Positions 36,511 through 46,146 of a stretch of DNA of 64,000 nt are shown one piece after another. The DNA comes from Candidatus Hydrogenedentota bacterium (GTDB taxonomy: Bacteria; Hydrogenedentota; Hydrogenedentia; Hydrogenedentales; SLHB01). The stretch spans positions 1-64,000 of the forward strand of contig BTVY01000039.1 of NCBI GenBank assembly GCA_045863335.1, given 5' to 3'. Under the pieces are notes generated by a model. That model was given only the letters and a program-made list of their open reading frames with translations. It made no database searches and was not told where the DNA came from. Every line of letters starts with the position of its first letter. The first letter of the stretch is position 1. The position numbers and the translations under genes are program-made.

Positions 36511-38523
36511 TTACTTCCTGATTACCAGTTCCTGGCCTACCTGAAGGTCGATGCTGCTCAGGTTGTTCCAGTCCATCAGTTGCCGGACCGTCACACCATG
36601 ATCGTCGGCAATCTTGCCGAGGAAATCACCGCGTTTCACTGTGTACTTCTGCTCCGCGGCAGCGGGCTGCGCTGCGGCCGACGGTTCGCCGCCCTGGTGG
36701 ATCGTCAGCTTCTGGCCGGCATAGATGTTCGTGCTGGAGAGCTTGTTCCAGCGCATGATGTCCTGGTATTGCACCCCATACTGGTCCGCGATGGTCGCAA
36801 GGAACTCACCGGGCTTGACCGTGTGCGTCACGGTCGCTGCCGCGGCGGCTTCGGGAGCTTCTTCGGGCACTTCCTCCGGCGGCATGGCCGTTTCGGGTTG
36901 TTCGGACTCCGATTCCGCCGGCGCCGCGGCCTCCGGTTCGGGCTGTGCCGTCTCCGGTTCCTCGGGCGCAGGTTCTTCAGGCGCAGCGGGCGCTTCCGGA
37001 GCGGCCGGCGCAGGACCCACGGCCAGTTCCTGCCCGATGCGCAGCGTAGTGCCGCGCAGATTGTTCCATTCCTGCAATTGCTGAATGGTCACGTTGTAGG
37101 TCTGCGCGACTTTATAAAGCGTGTCTCCGCTGACGACTTTGTGCGTCCGCGCCGGAGTCAGGGTGGCCGTCGGCGTTTCCGCGGGCGTCTCGCCCGCCAC
37201 TTGCAACGGCGGGAGCGGCGGAATATCACCCGAGATGGCCGGGACCGGTTTGCGCAACCACTGCTGCCACTCGTCGAGCCGCTCCTTGCTGTCGCTCAGG
37301 TTGCTACGGCTGAGCACGCCGGCGCGGACCGCTTCGTCCACGGCGGCCACGATCTCGCGAATGGCGGTGAAATCCGGGTTCGACACGACAGCGGCATCGC
37401 ACCCCGCAGCGAAAGCCTGTACTGCAGCCTCGCCCGGAGAAAGCGTTGCGGTAATTGCGGGGGCTGTCAGGTCGTCTGCAACAATCACCCCGGAGTAACG
37501 CCAGGTCTGGCGAATCAGTTCGTTCAGCAGTTTCGGCGACAACGAGGCGGGCCGATTGGGCGCGTCCGTATCGAACGCGGGAACTGCCACGTGCCCAATC
37601 AGAATGCCGGGAACGCCACGGGTGACGGCCTCATTGAAGGGGAAGACGACTTCCTCCAAGGGAGTTTCCGCTGGAAGCACGGCCACTGTTTCATAACCGT
37701 CGCCCGCGGCCGAGCCGAGACCGGGAAAGCGCTTCACCACAGGAATCACGCCGCCTTGCGACACGCCCTGCGCAAGGGCCAATCCCAGCGACCGGACCAC
37801 CTGGTAGTCTGAACCGAGCGACCGGGCCTGAACGGCCACAGGCGCCTCGGCAGAATACACATCCAGGATAGGCGCGAACAGTACGCCGATTCCCCGGCCG
37901 ACGCAGGATTCCGCGTAGTTCATTCCAACGGCCCGCGCGGCTTCGATGTCGCGGCGTTCGCCAATGGTCGCGGGGCTGGGCGCATCGGTGAGACGGAGCG
38001 GATTCCCCGCCTCGCCGCCTTCCTGCGCCACGGCAATGAGGGGTAGGCTATCGATCTCCTTGCCGAGGCCCACCGCATCCTTGATGGATTTGACCAATCC
38101 GATCGTCTGAATCTTGCTCGTGATGTTGTCAGCCGTCAGGATGACCCCGCCGGGCTTCAGTTCTGCCAACAGATCCCGCGTCGCATCGTCGAGCTTCGTT
38201 CCTTTGACCGTCACGAACAGGTGCCGCGCGGCCCACGCGTCCTCCAGCATTTCCAGTTCCGATTCCGGTTCCGGCGGTGTTTCCGCCTCGGCCGGCGTTT
38301 CCGGTTCCGGCGTGGTCTCGACAGGCGGCGCAGGTGGAGCCGTTTCCGCCGGTTCGTCCGGCGGCGTCTCAGCGGGGGGAAGGCTCGCAATCTCGCGGGG
38401 TTGCGTGGCGTGAGGTCCAAAGATGGCGTAACACGTCGTGAATCCGATCAGGAGCCCGAAAACAAAGGCGGCAACCGCAACAATCGAAGGTCCGGCGCCG
38501 CGCTTTCGTATGTAGATATCCAA
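36511..38523 (-). CDS. Membrane-anchored GH3 (NagZ-like) domain plus three LysM domains
   Basis: QEGG, APILDV, KRFPGLG, ADDL; three HxVxxGDxLxxIA LysM repeats; TTG start uncertain. Confidence 0.82.
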   Translation of the reverse strand: MDIYIRKRGAGPSIVAVAAFVFGLLIGFTTCYAIFGPHATQPREIASLPPAETPPDEPAETAPPAPPVETTPEPETPAEAETPPEPESELEMLEDAWAARHLFVTVKGTKLDDATRDLLAELKPGGVILTADNITSKIQTIGLVKSIKDAVGLGKEIDSLPLIAVAQEGGEAGNPLRLTDAPSPATIGERRDIEAARAVGMNYAESCVGRGIGVLFAPILDVYSAEAPVAVQARSLGSDYQVVRSLGLALAQGVSQGGVIPVVKRFPGLGSAAGDGYETVAVLPAETPLEEVVFPFNEAVTRGVPGILIGHVAVPAFDTDAPNRPASLSPKLLNELIRQTWRYSGVIVADDLTAPAITATLSPGEAAVQAFAAGCDAAVVSNPDFTAIREIVAAVDEAVRAGVLSRSNLSDSKERLDEWQQWLRKPVPAISGDIPPLPPLQVAGETPAETPTATLTPARTHKVVSGDTLYKVAQTYNVTIQQLQEWNNLRGTTLRIGQELAVGPAPAAPEAPAAPEEPAPEEPETAQPEPEAAAPAESESEQPETAMPPEEVPEEAPEAAAAATVTHTVKPGEFLATIADQYGVQYQDIMRWNKLSSTNIYAGQKLTIHQGGEPSAAAQPAAAEQKYTVKRGDFLGKIADDHGVTVRQLMDWNNLSSIDLQVGQELVIRK

Positions 38524-38625
38524 CTGCAGTCTCCGCTTCGTTATGTCGTGACGGGGTTCGCGCGGGTTACATCGTATCGAATCCCATACCCGGTATCGAA
38601 GTTTCACCCACGGCCGCGCGTCACC

Positions 38626-40368
38626 TTAGTCGGTCCCGGCCCGATGCTTCACGTCGACGATGCGGCCACGAAACAAATCCACGACCTTCGCCACATGCGG
38701 GTTTTCCAGCGCCGATCCCGCAACTTCCGCACTCACATGTCCGGCGGATATGGGTGCTCGGCGTCGATCCACCGGTAGTTCCACTTCAGCAATCTCCTGC
38801 ACGCTGTCGATTCGCCACCCCGTAACGTTCGTGGTGAGTTCGGCCAGGGCCGCGCCAATCTGCGTGCGGCAGTCAGCCTGATCCACCAAGGCCAGCGAAT
38901 TCGCCTGGTCTTCCGGAAACCGCACGAGGAGGACATCGCCGTCGATGGCGACGGGACGGCCGTGGGCCATCGCGATTCCGATACGGAGGCTGTCCCGCGA
39001 AACGTACTCGGCGATGCGTTGCCAGTGCACGGCCATATTGTCTTGCGTAACCGTCACCCGGCGAGGTTTTGCGGGCGCATCCGGCGCATCATTCTCCTCG
39101 GCATCCGGCGCCATTTCGCGGACTGCTTTCGGCGCTATCGTCGTGCCTGCGGCCCCGACGGAACGGGTGATGGTGACTGCGGGCGCATTCCCTTCCGTGG
39201 GCGCGGGTCCAACTCCCCCGGCGCCCAACTGTGCGAGCTTTTCCAGCACGGTGTCGATAGAGACTTCCACTGACACTTTGGAAATGCGGATGAGGAGAGA
39301 CTCCAGCGCAATGCGTTGGGCCAACTGGGAATCGAAGCCCTTAGAAAGTTCCGCGAACTGCTCCACGAGCCGAATAAGCGCTGTCAGTGTGAATCGGTCC
39401 GCGATCGCCTGCATGGCCGCAATGTCTTCTTCGGGCAATGCCAGCAGATCTTTCGGGTTCGCGGTTTTGCACACGAGCAGGTTCCGCAGGTAGTGCAGGA
39501 TGTCCTGGACGAACTGCGACAAGTCCTTCCCCGCAACGACCACATCCTCGATGACCTTGAGTTGCGCGCCGATGTCCTTTTCCAGGATCGCGGTGCTCAG
39601 GCTGTGCATCACGTTCCAATCGACCAGCCCGAGCACGTCGAATACGTCCTGGAACGTGATTTCCTTGCCGCAATACGAAATCAACTGCTCGAGGATGCTC
39701 TCCGAGTCGCGGATGCCGCCGTCCGCCGCGCGCGCGATCGCGTAGAGGGCCTCGTCACTGCACACGATCCCTTCAGCGTCCAGGATCTGGCGGAGCAACT
39801 TCGTGATGTCGGCCATACCCACGCGGCGGAAATCGTAGCGCTGGCAACGGGAAATGATTGTGGCCGGCACCTTGTGCGCTTCGGTCGTCGCGAGGACGAA
39901 CACCGCATGTTCCGGGGGCTCTTCGAGCGTCTTCAACAACGCGTTGAACGCGCTCGCCGAAAGCTGGTGCACCTCGTCGATGACGTAGATTTTGTAGCGC
40001 GACCGTGACGGAACTAATCGAACGTTCTCCCGAATCTGGCGCACGTCCTCCACGCTGTTGTTGGACGCGCCATCGATCTCGATGACGTCCAGACTGGTGC
40101 CCGCGGCGATGGTACGGCAGTTATCGCATTCGCCGCAGGGCGAGGGCGTGGGGCCCTCGGCGGATTCACAATTCAACGCTTTCGCCAGAATACGCGCGGT
40201 CGTGGTCTTGCCGATGCCGCGTGAGCCAATGAAGAGAAAGGCGTGGCCGATGCGGTTATTGGAAATTGCGTTCTGCAGGGTGCGGGTGATGTGCTCTTGT
40301 CCGACCACGCTCTCGAAGGCTTGGGGCCGCCACTTCCGGGCAAGCACCAGATAGGGGTCTTTGGACAT
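38626..40368 (-). CDS. dnaX: DNA polymerase III subunit gamma/tau
   Basis: LARKWRPQ, GSRGIGKTT, EIDGAS, DEVH, NALLKTLEEPP, SRCQ. Confidence 0.97.
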   Translation of the reverse strand: MSKDPYLVLARKWRPQAFESVVGQEHITRTLQNAISNNRIGHAFLFIGSRGIGKTTTARILAKALNCESAEGPTPSPCGECDNCRTIAAGTSLDVIEIDGASNNSVEDVRQIRENVRLVPSRSRYKIYVIDEVHQLSASAFNALLKTLEEPPEHAVFVLATTEAHKVPATIISRCQRYDFRRVGMADITKLLRQILDAEGIVCSDEALYAIARAADGGIRDSESILEQLISYCGKEITFQDVFDVLGLVDWNVMHSLSTAILEKDIGAQLKVIEDVVVAGKDLSQFVQDILHYLRNLLVCKTANPKDLLALPEEDIAAMQAIADRFTLTALIRLVEQFAELSKGFDSQLAQRIALESLLIRISKVSVEVSIDTVLEKLAQLGAGGVGPAPTEGNAPAVTITRSVGAAGTTIAPKAVREMAPDAEENDAPDAPAKPRRVTVTQDNMAVHWQRIAEYVSRDSLRIGIAMAHGRPVAIDGDVLLVRFPEDQANSLALVDQADCRTQIGAALAELTTNVTGWRIDSVQEIAEVELPVDRRRAPISAGHVSAEVAGSALENPHVAKVVDLFRGRIVDVKHRAGTD

Positions 40369-40424
40369 GCACGATTCCTCGAAATCGGTTTTCACAAACC
40401 GGGGCGCGATCCCCACTGCCCGCC

Positions 40425-40636
40425 AGACGCGCCGGAAACCCCCAGCGCGGGGCATCTGGTGACGGCCAGGCGCTCCCACAGCACACGGAAAAATCCACCT
40501 ACGGCTGCTTCCGTCAAGACCTGACCGGGTTCGGCGGCATCCCGTTGAATGGGACCCGGCCGCCACCACATGCTCCGCGCCCCGGCAAACCTACGGCGCG
40601 CACCAACGCTCGTTTGCCGGACGCTCCACCACGCCG
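40425..40636 (-). ncRNA. ffs: Signal recognition particle RNA (extended form; ends approximate)
   Basis: Helix-8 motif AACCCGGTCAGGTCTTGACGGAAGCAGCCG; long closing helix; directly upstream of dnaX; TACACT -10 at 40642-40647. Confidence 0.88.
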
Positions 40637-40866
40637 TCTCAAGTGTAACCGCTCCGGTTCCAATGCTTTTGCACATCCAGAGGCGGGCGAGAAACGCGTA
40701 AAGGGTAACCCGAACCCTATCATTTCACGGCAAAACAAGTCAACCGAAGGCGGCAGCGCGATGCATCCGCTTGGCGAGTTCGGAGCCGGCGGAGGTTCGG
40801 AATCGGACGGCCCGTGCACTATACTTGGGGCGTCACATAGAGAGTTTTCATTCGTAGGGGGATTCC

Positions 40867-41817
40867 ATGCGATTGCTGGTTTACGGGGCGGGCGCGCTGG
40901 GGAGCGCGGTCGGCGGGTTCATGGCCAAGTCCGGGCACGAGGTATGGCTGATCGGCCGCAATCCTCACATGGACGCCGTCGCCAAAGATGGGCTCCGCAT
41001 CACGGGAATCTGGGGCGACCATCGCGTCATGGGATTGGACGCGCGAACCACGTTGGATGGAATCTCACCCGGCTGGTTCGACCTCATCGTTGTCACGGTC
41101 AAATCTTACGATACCCTCGCCGCGGCTCAAGCAGTCGGGCCGCTCGTCGGCCCGGAGACACTCGTATGCTCCTACCAGAACGGCCTGGGCAATGCGGAGA
41201 CCATCGCGTCGGTTATTGGCTGGGAGCGGACCATCGGCGCGCGGGCCATCTACGGGGTCGTCGTGCGTGAGCCCGGATGGATCGACATCACGGTCATCGC
41301 CAACCCGACCGCGCTCGGTACGTATCATGAGGCGACGCCCGTTTCCCGCGTGCATGAGATTGTCGCGGCCATGGATGAGGCCGGGCTGCCAACCGTGTAT
41401 ACCGACCGCATCAAAACGGTCCTTTGGGGGAAGGTCGCCTATAACTGCGCATTGAATCCTCTGTCCGCGCTGCTGGACGTGCCCTATGGGGGGCTGTTGG
41501 ACACGGAGCACACGCGGGAAACGATGCGGGAGATCGTGCACGAACTCTACACGGTCGCAGCGGCCTTGAACGTACAACTCGAACCTACGACCCCGGAAGG
41601 CTATATCACCTTACTCTTTGAGAAACTGATCCCGCCGACCGCCGCGCATTACGCGAGCATGCGCGCCGATTTCCAGCATCGGCGCCGAACGGAGATCGAC
41701 GCCCTGAACGGCGCCATCACCCGGCACGCCGGCGAGCACGGCATTGACTGCCCCACAAACACCCTGCTCACCCGCCTCGTCCGCGCCCGAGAACACGCCT
41801 TGGGCGTGCGCTACTAG
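40867..41817 (+). CDS. panE: 2-dehydropantoate 2-reductase
   Basis: GAGALG, VKSYDT, QNGLG, WGKVAYNCALN, SMRAD, TEIDALNG. Confidence 0.93.
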   Translation: MRLLVYGAGALGSAVGGFMAKSGHEVWLIGRNPHMDAVAKDGLRITGIWGDHRVMGLDARTTLDGISPGWFDLIVVTVKSYDTLAAAQAVGPLVGPETLVCSYQNGLGNAETIASVIGWERTIGARAIYGVVVREPGWIDITVIANPTALGTYHEATPVSRVHEIVAAMDEAGLPTVYTDRIKTVLWGKVAYNCALNPLSALLDVPYGGLLDTEHTRETMREIVHELYTVAAALNVQLEPTTPEGYITLLFEKLIPPTAAHYASMRADFQHRRRTEIDALNGAITRHAGEHGIDCPTNTLLTRLVRAREHALGVRY

Positions 41818-41865
41818 CGTTTCGTCCGTTCAGGTCCGTGTAGGTTTCCGCGCCGGGCGCCCCGG

Positions 41866-42972
41866 TCACTCGTTACTGCCCTCACCCACGCCACAAACCT
41901 CCGGATCCCAAATCGCCCCGTGCACCGCGTAGCCGCTCTCGGGATGCGTGTAGAAGACCGACAGAACCTGGCCGTCGTCGCGTTCCAGGCTTGCCGGATA
42001 CCCGCCGTCCGATTCGGCCATGCGCGCCACGTAGACCGGCGCGCCCCAGGTCTTCCCATTGTCGGCGCTCATGCGCGCGCGCACGCCGCGGAGACCCTCG
42101 CGGCGATCGCCATACGTGAGGAGAATCCGGCCGTCCTTCAGTTGCAGCAGGTGACCGGGAATCTGCTTTTTCTCGGATACCTGCCCTTCATCCTGCCACG
42201 TGAGCCCGTCGTCTGTGGATCGGTAAAGCGACATGGCCGGTCCCCGCAGCGCCGCCAGCCATTCGCCGTTGCCAAGATTCAGGATGGCGGTCTCGTTGAG
42301 GTTATCCGCGATCTTCGAGCGGATTTCCCAGGTAATCCCGCCGTCCTCGCTGGTCAGGAAGTACGCCGCCCAAGGGCCGGGCTTGTCGTAGTACGAGGTC
42401 GAATAGGCCGAAGCATTGAGCCGGCCACCGTCCGACGCGAGAATATCTCCAAAGGGTACGAATTCGCGCCCCGACGGGTCCGTGGGAAACTCCTTGTGGG
42501 TCGTCCACGTCTTACCGCCGTCCGTGGACTTACAAACCCATGGACGGATGATGGCATCCCGGAAATCACCGCGCTTCTCCGCGCCGGGCTGTTGCACATC
42601 GGACCAGCCGCCCACGAGCGCGATGAGATTGCCTTCGGCGTCAACCCCCGCGGCATGGTTCATGCGCACGGTGTTCGGTTCGTGTTCCGTGAGCGTGCCG
42701 CGATAAGTCCAGGTCTGGCCTTCGTCCTCGCTGGCCCAACACGCCACGTCGCCTTCTACCTGTCCATGGCTCGGTTTATCAAAACCGACGAGAATGATGG
42801 TCCCGTCCGGGAGCCGCGTCAGGTTAGGCCATGCGGTAACGTTCGGCACCGCGACAAATGATTCGGCGATCGGATCCTCCGACGGCACCGCGGCGTTGTC
42901 TTGTGCCCATCCGGCGCAGGCCATGGCAACACAAGCAGCAAGCAGTTGAATGGATTTGCGACAGTATTCCAC
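41866..42972 (-). CDS. Exported sialidase-like BNR-repeat protein
   Basis: Asp-boxes SEDEGQTW, STDGGKTW, SEDGGITW, STDDGLTW, SADNGKTW. Confidence 0.85.
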   Translation of the reverse strand: MEYCRKSIQLLAACVAMACAGWAQDNAAVPSEDPIAESFVAVPNVTAWPNLTRLPDGTIILVGFDKPSHGQVEGDVACWASEDEGQTWTYRGTLTEHEPNTVRMNHAAGVDAEGNLIALVGGWSDVQQPGAEKRGDFRDAIIRPWVCKSTDGGKTWTTHKEFPTDPSGREFVPFGDILASDGGRLNASAYSTSYYDKPGPWAAYFLTSEDGGITWEIRSKIADNLNETAILNLGNGEWLAALRGPAMSLYRSTDDGLTWQDEGQVSEKKQIPGHLLQLKDGRILLTYGDRREGLRGVRARMSADNGKTWGAPVYVARMAESDGGYPASLERDDGQVLSVFYTHPESGYAVHGAIWDPEVCGVGEGSNE

Positions 42973-42994
42973 TGAAAACCTCCCTGTTTACGAT

Positions 42995-45046
42995 CTACCG
43001 CTTTTGAATCCAAAAGAAATCAATACCAAGGCTTTTCTCCCCGCCGTCGAAGCGGAACGCGATCGTATGATCGCCGGCTTCCACTTCATGGTCGCCGCCG
43101 TGCATGGCGCGGAGCATCTCGCGTGACGGCTGGTACAAGTCCCAGGCGCCCGCTTCCTGTCCATTGAAGAGCATCGTGACCGAGCCGGACTTCTTATCGT
43201 GCGCGAGCACAGCCTGAATGCTGTATTTCCCCGCTTCTTCAAAAGGAATGACAAACTCGATGGTCTCGCCCGGTTCCGTGGGATACCAGCGATAAATGCT
43301 GCCTCCCGCCCACAGTTCGCCGTCTTCCAGGTACACGTCGTCCCGAGGCGAATCCACCTGTTCCGCGGGGTAGAAGACCGAGTTAGACGCGGCGCCGCGG
43401 GCGGCCGGCATCCACTTTGGAAGGCCTTGATCGCGCACATCCTCGGGTGTGATGACGATATGGTCGTCCACGATGCCGGGGCGCCCGTAATGATAGCCGA
43501 TGCGGCCATAGGCCATGCCGTGGTTCAACTCGTGGGGGAAAAGCTCCATGAAGAACGCGATGCTCTCCCGGAAGGGCAAGTCATCCACGATATGCCACCG
43601 GTTGTTCGTCACGAAACCCCGGTTGGCGGGGCCGTCGTTGCGCGGCTGACCGCAGTAGGGGTGAATGAAAATATCCGGGCTCGACCACGCGTAGTTGTAG
43701 TAATCCTCGGAACCCGTGCCGAAGGTGGAGGGACGAACGTCGTCGTCCACGAAAATTTTCTCATCGCCTTCGCCCCACCAGTTCCCGCCCGGCGAAGGCA
43801 CGTCGTTGGGATTCAACACATAGGTCACGCTGCCGACGTAGACGCCCGCGCCGTCGGCGACGAGGAAGGGGATGTCGTGCGGTTCCGCGCCGGACGCCGT
43901 CAGGTCGTGATCGATCCGCCAGCGCGCGCGGAAATGCATGGAGCGTTCATCGTCCCATTCGTATGGGCCGCTGAGCACATTGCCCTGCACGGTAACAGAC
44001 TGCTCGCCGAGGTTTTCCAGGACGATCGCGGCAGAATCCGCAAAGGGCATTACGAAGCGGCAGGTCATGGTGCCGTCCGCGTTGACCGTGAAGGGCGCCG
44101 TATTCTGAGGATTGATGCCCGGCGCGGCGCCGAAAAAGTCACCAATCGGCGATTGCACCTGCGCCCAGGGATAGCCGTCGAAACGGATGTGCAGGATAGT
44201 CTGGCGGAGGGCGGCGTCGACATCGTCTGCCGTGACCTTTAGTGTGAGCCGTTCAATCGCGCCGGGGCCTTCCAGCGTCAGCGGTTCCGAACGGGTGCCG
44301 GAATCTACCGCCACGTTGAAGGAACGCGGGGAATCCGCGAACCGATAGGGCCACCGGGCCTGGGGATCATGCAACACGTCGGCGGTACGGCGTATCGCGT
44401 CTTCGTAGGTTTTCAGATCGTCCGGCTGAAACGTCGCCACGTCGAGATCGCCATCGTACAAGCGCACCTGGATCTGGTAGAAGTGAATCTTGTTCACGTC
44501 ACCGGTCCAGGTGATACGGCAGCGTTTCGCAAAGGGCATGGGGCAGTACGCTGCGTTTCGCTGGTAGAACGTGCCGTTCAAAACCTCCTCTTCAATACCC
44601 GCCGCATGGACATAGCGGGTCCACGGGTGCATGAAGAACTCTTCCGCTGGGCCATCGAAGACCGGCGTTTCCGCGCCATCCAGAAACACCTTAACCGCAC
44701 CCTCGCTGCGCGCCGTCCAAACGCGAACGATGGCGCCCGGTCCTTCCACGTCGCAGACGAGATACTCGCCGATGCCGTTGGCTTCGGGTTCCGCAATCAC
44801 GGCCTCGAAGTTGGGTATTGGTTCCTGCCCGAACCCGTCGGAATTGGCAAACCAGTCCGGCCCCCCGGGCACGGTGCTCCGATGGTCGTAGGAAGAAAAC
44901 TGGACAGTCTTGTAGTAGGGCTCGGGAAACTCCGCAAGCCGGTGCATGTCAATCATCTGCTCGACGAGCGTACCGGTGGTCAGGGGCTCCGCGACCCCTG
45001 CGGACGCGACAACGAGTACGACAGCAAGTGTACGGACAGCAATCAT
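42995..45046 (-). CDS. DUF2961 / GH172-like exported protein
   Basis: SSYD, EGPGAIVRVW, WWGEGDEKIFVD, GTGSEDYY. Confidence 0.85.
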   Translation of the reverse strand: MIAVRTLAVVLVVASAGVAEPLTTGTLVEQMIDMHRLAEFPEPYYKTVQFSSYDHRSTVPGGPDWFANSDGFGQEPIPNFEAVIAEPEANGIGEYLVCDVEGPGAIVRVWTARSEGAVKVFLDGAETPVFDGPAEEFFMHPWTRYVHAAGIEEEVLNGTFYQRNAAYCPMPFAKRCRITWTGDVNKIHFYQIQVRLYDGDLDVATFQPDDLKTYEDAIRRTADVLHDPQARWPYRFADSPRSFNVAVDSGTRSEPLTLEGPGAIERLTLKVTADDVDAALRQTILHIRFDGYPWAQVQSPIGDFFGAAPGINPQNTAPFTVNADGTMTCRFVMPFADSAAIVLENLGEQSVTVQGNVLSGPYEWDDERSMHFRARWRIDHDLTASGAEPHDIPFLVADGAGVYVGSVTYVLNPNDVPSPGGNWWGEGDEKIFVDDDVRPSTFGTGSEDYYNYAWSSPDIFIHPYCGQPRNDGPANRGFVTNNRWHIVDDLPFRESIAFFMELFPHELNHGMAYGRIGYHYGRPGIVDDHIVITPEDVRDQGLPKWMPAARGAASNSVFYPAEQVDSPRDDVYLEDGELWAGGSIYRWYPTEPGETIEFVIPFEEAGKYSIQAVLAHDKKSGSVTMLFNGQEAGAWDLYQPSREMLRAMHGGDHEVEAGDHTIAFRFDGGEKSLGIDFFWIQKR

Positions 45047-45167
45047 GCCGGGCTTCCTCCTGTTTTACGAAGTGTGGAGCGCCATGGTACCGAAGGTCAT
45101 TCGGGCGTACAAGACGGCCGGAATTCTTGACTTGATTCCCGCCGGCAAGGGACAATTCCACTCTGTC

Positions 45168-46073
45168 ATGAACAACTCACGTCCCGGCATAGTTGCGTCC
45201 TACCTGAGCGCCTTGCGCGTTTACCAATGGCCCAAGAATCTTGTGGTGTTTGCGGCGCTGGTTTTCGCCTTCGAATTAACCAAGGTTGATCAGGTTTTGC
45301 GAAGCGTGGCCGCCTTCGTCGTGCTCTGCGCGGCGTCGAGCACCGTGTACGTGCTGAATGATATCGTGGATCGCGAGAAAGACCGCACCCATCCCGACAA
45401 ACGAACGCGGGCTATCGCCAGCGGGGCGATCGCAATCCCATCCGCGTTCGCGCTTATGCTCGTGCTCGCTCTAGGCAGCCTCGCTGCGGGTTATGCGTTG
45501 GCGCCCTCCTTTTGTGGCGCCGTGGCGGGGTTGATCCTGCTCAACCTGCTGTACTCGTTTCTCCTGAAGAGAATTATGCTGGTCGACGTCATCGCCATCG
45601 CGCTCGGTTTCGTCATTCGCGGCATCGCCGGGGCGCTCGTACTGGACGTGCGCTTCACGAACTGGCTAGTAGTCTGCACGCTCTTTCTGGCCCTTTTCCT
45701 CGCCTTGGGCAAACGGCGGCGGGAGATCGGCCTCCTCGAAGCGGAAGCGATCAACCACCGGGAAGTGCTGGGCCATTACACGGTCCCCTACCTGGACTCC
45801 CTCATGATGATCCTCGCGGGCGCTACCTTACTCACCTACACGATCTATACGTGTTCCCCGGAGGTCGTCGCGCGTACTGGTACGGATAAACTCTATCTGT
45901 CGCTCCCTTTCGTGGTGTACGGGTTGTTCCGATACCTCTACTTAGTCCATCATAAAATGGGCGGTGGAGATCCAAGCAGGACCCTCCTCAAGGATGTGCC
46001 GCTCCTGATTACGGTGTTGCTATGGGGTCTGGCAAGCATCGCGATCATGTATGGTGGCAGGAAGTTCGGATAG
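45168..46073 (+). CDS. UbiA family prenyltransferase (decaprenyl-phosphate phosphoribosyltransferase-like)
   Basis: RVYQWPKN, YVLNDIVD, HPDKRTRAIASG, KRRRE. Confidence 0.88.
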   Translation: MNNSRPGIVASYLSALRVYQWPKNLVVFAALVFAFELTKVDQVLRSVAAFVVLCAASSTVYVLNDIVDREKDRTHPDKRTRAIASGAIAIPSAFALMLVLALGSLAAGYALAPSFCGAVAGLILLNLLYSFLLKRIMLVDVIAIALGFVIRGIAGALVLDVRFTNWLVVCTLFLALFLALGKRRREIGLLEAEAINHREVLGHYTVPYLDSLMMILAGATLLTYTIYTCSPEVVARTGTDKLYLSLPFVVYGLFRYLYLVHHKMGGGDPSRTLLKDVPLLITVLLWGLASIAIMYGGRKFG

Positions 46074-46146
46074 TAGCGAGCGGAACGTACCCGCGCCGGC
46101 CTGGCGCGTGATGGGGCAACGCCTGCTCGGAGAAGGGGCAGTATCC

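Noticed and set aside
38626-40368. dnaX gamma/tau -1 frameshift signal
   Set aside because: No A_AAA_AAG heptamer or long A run was seen in the coding strand.
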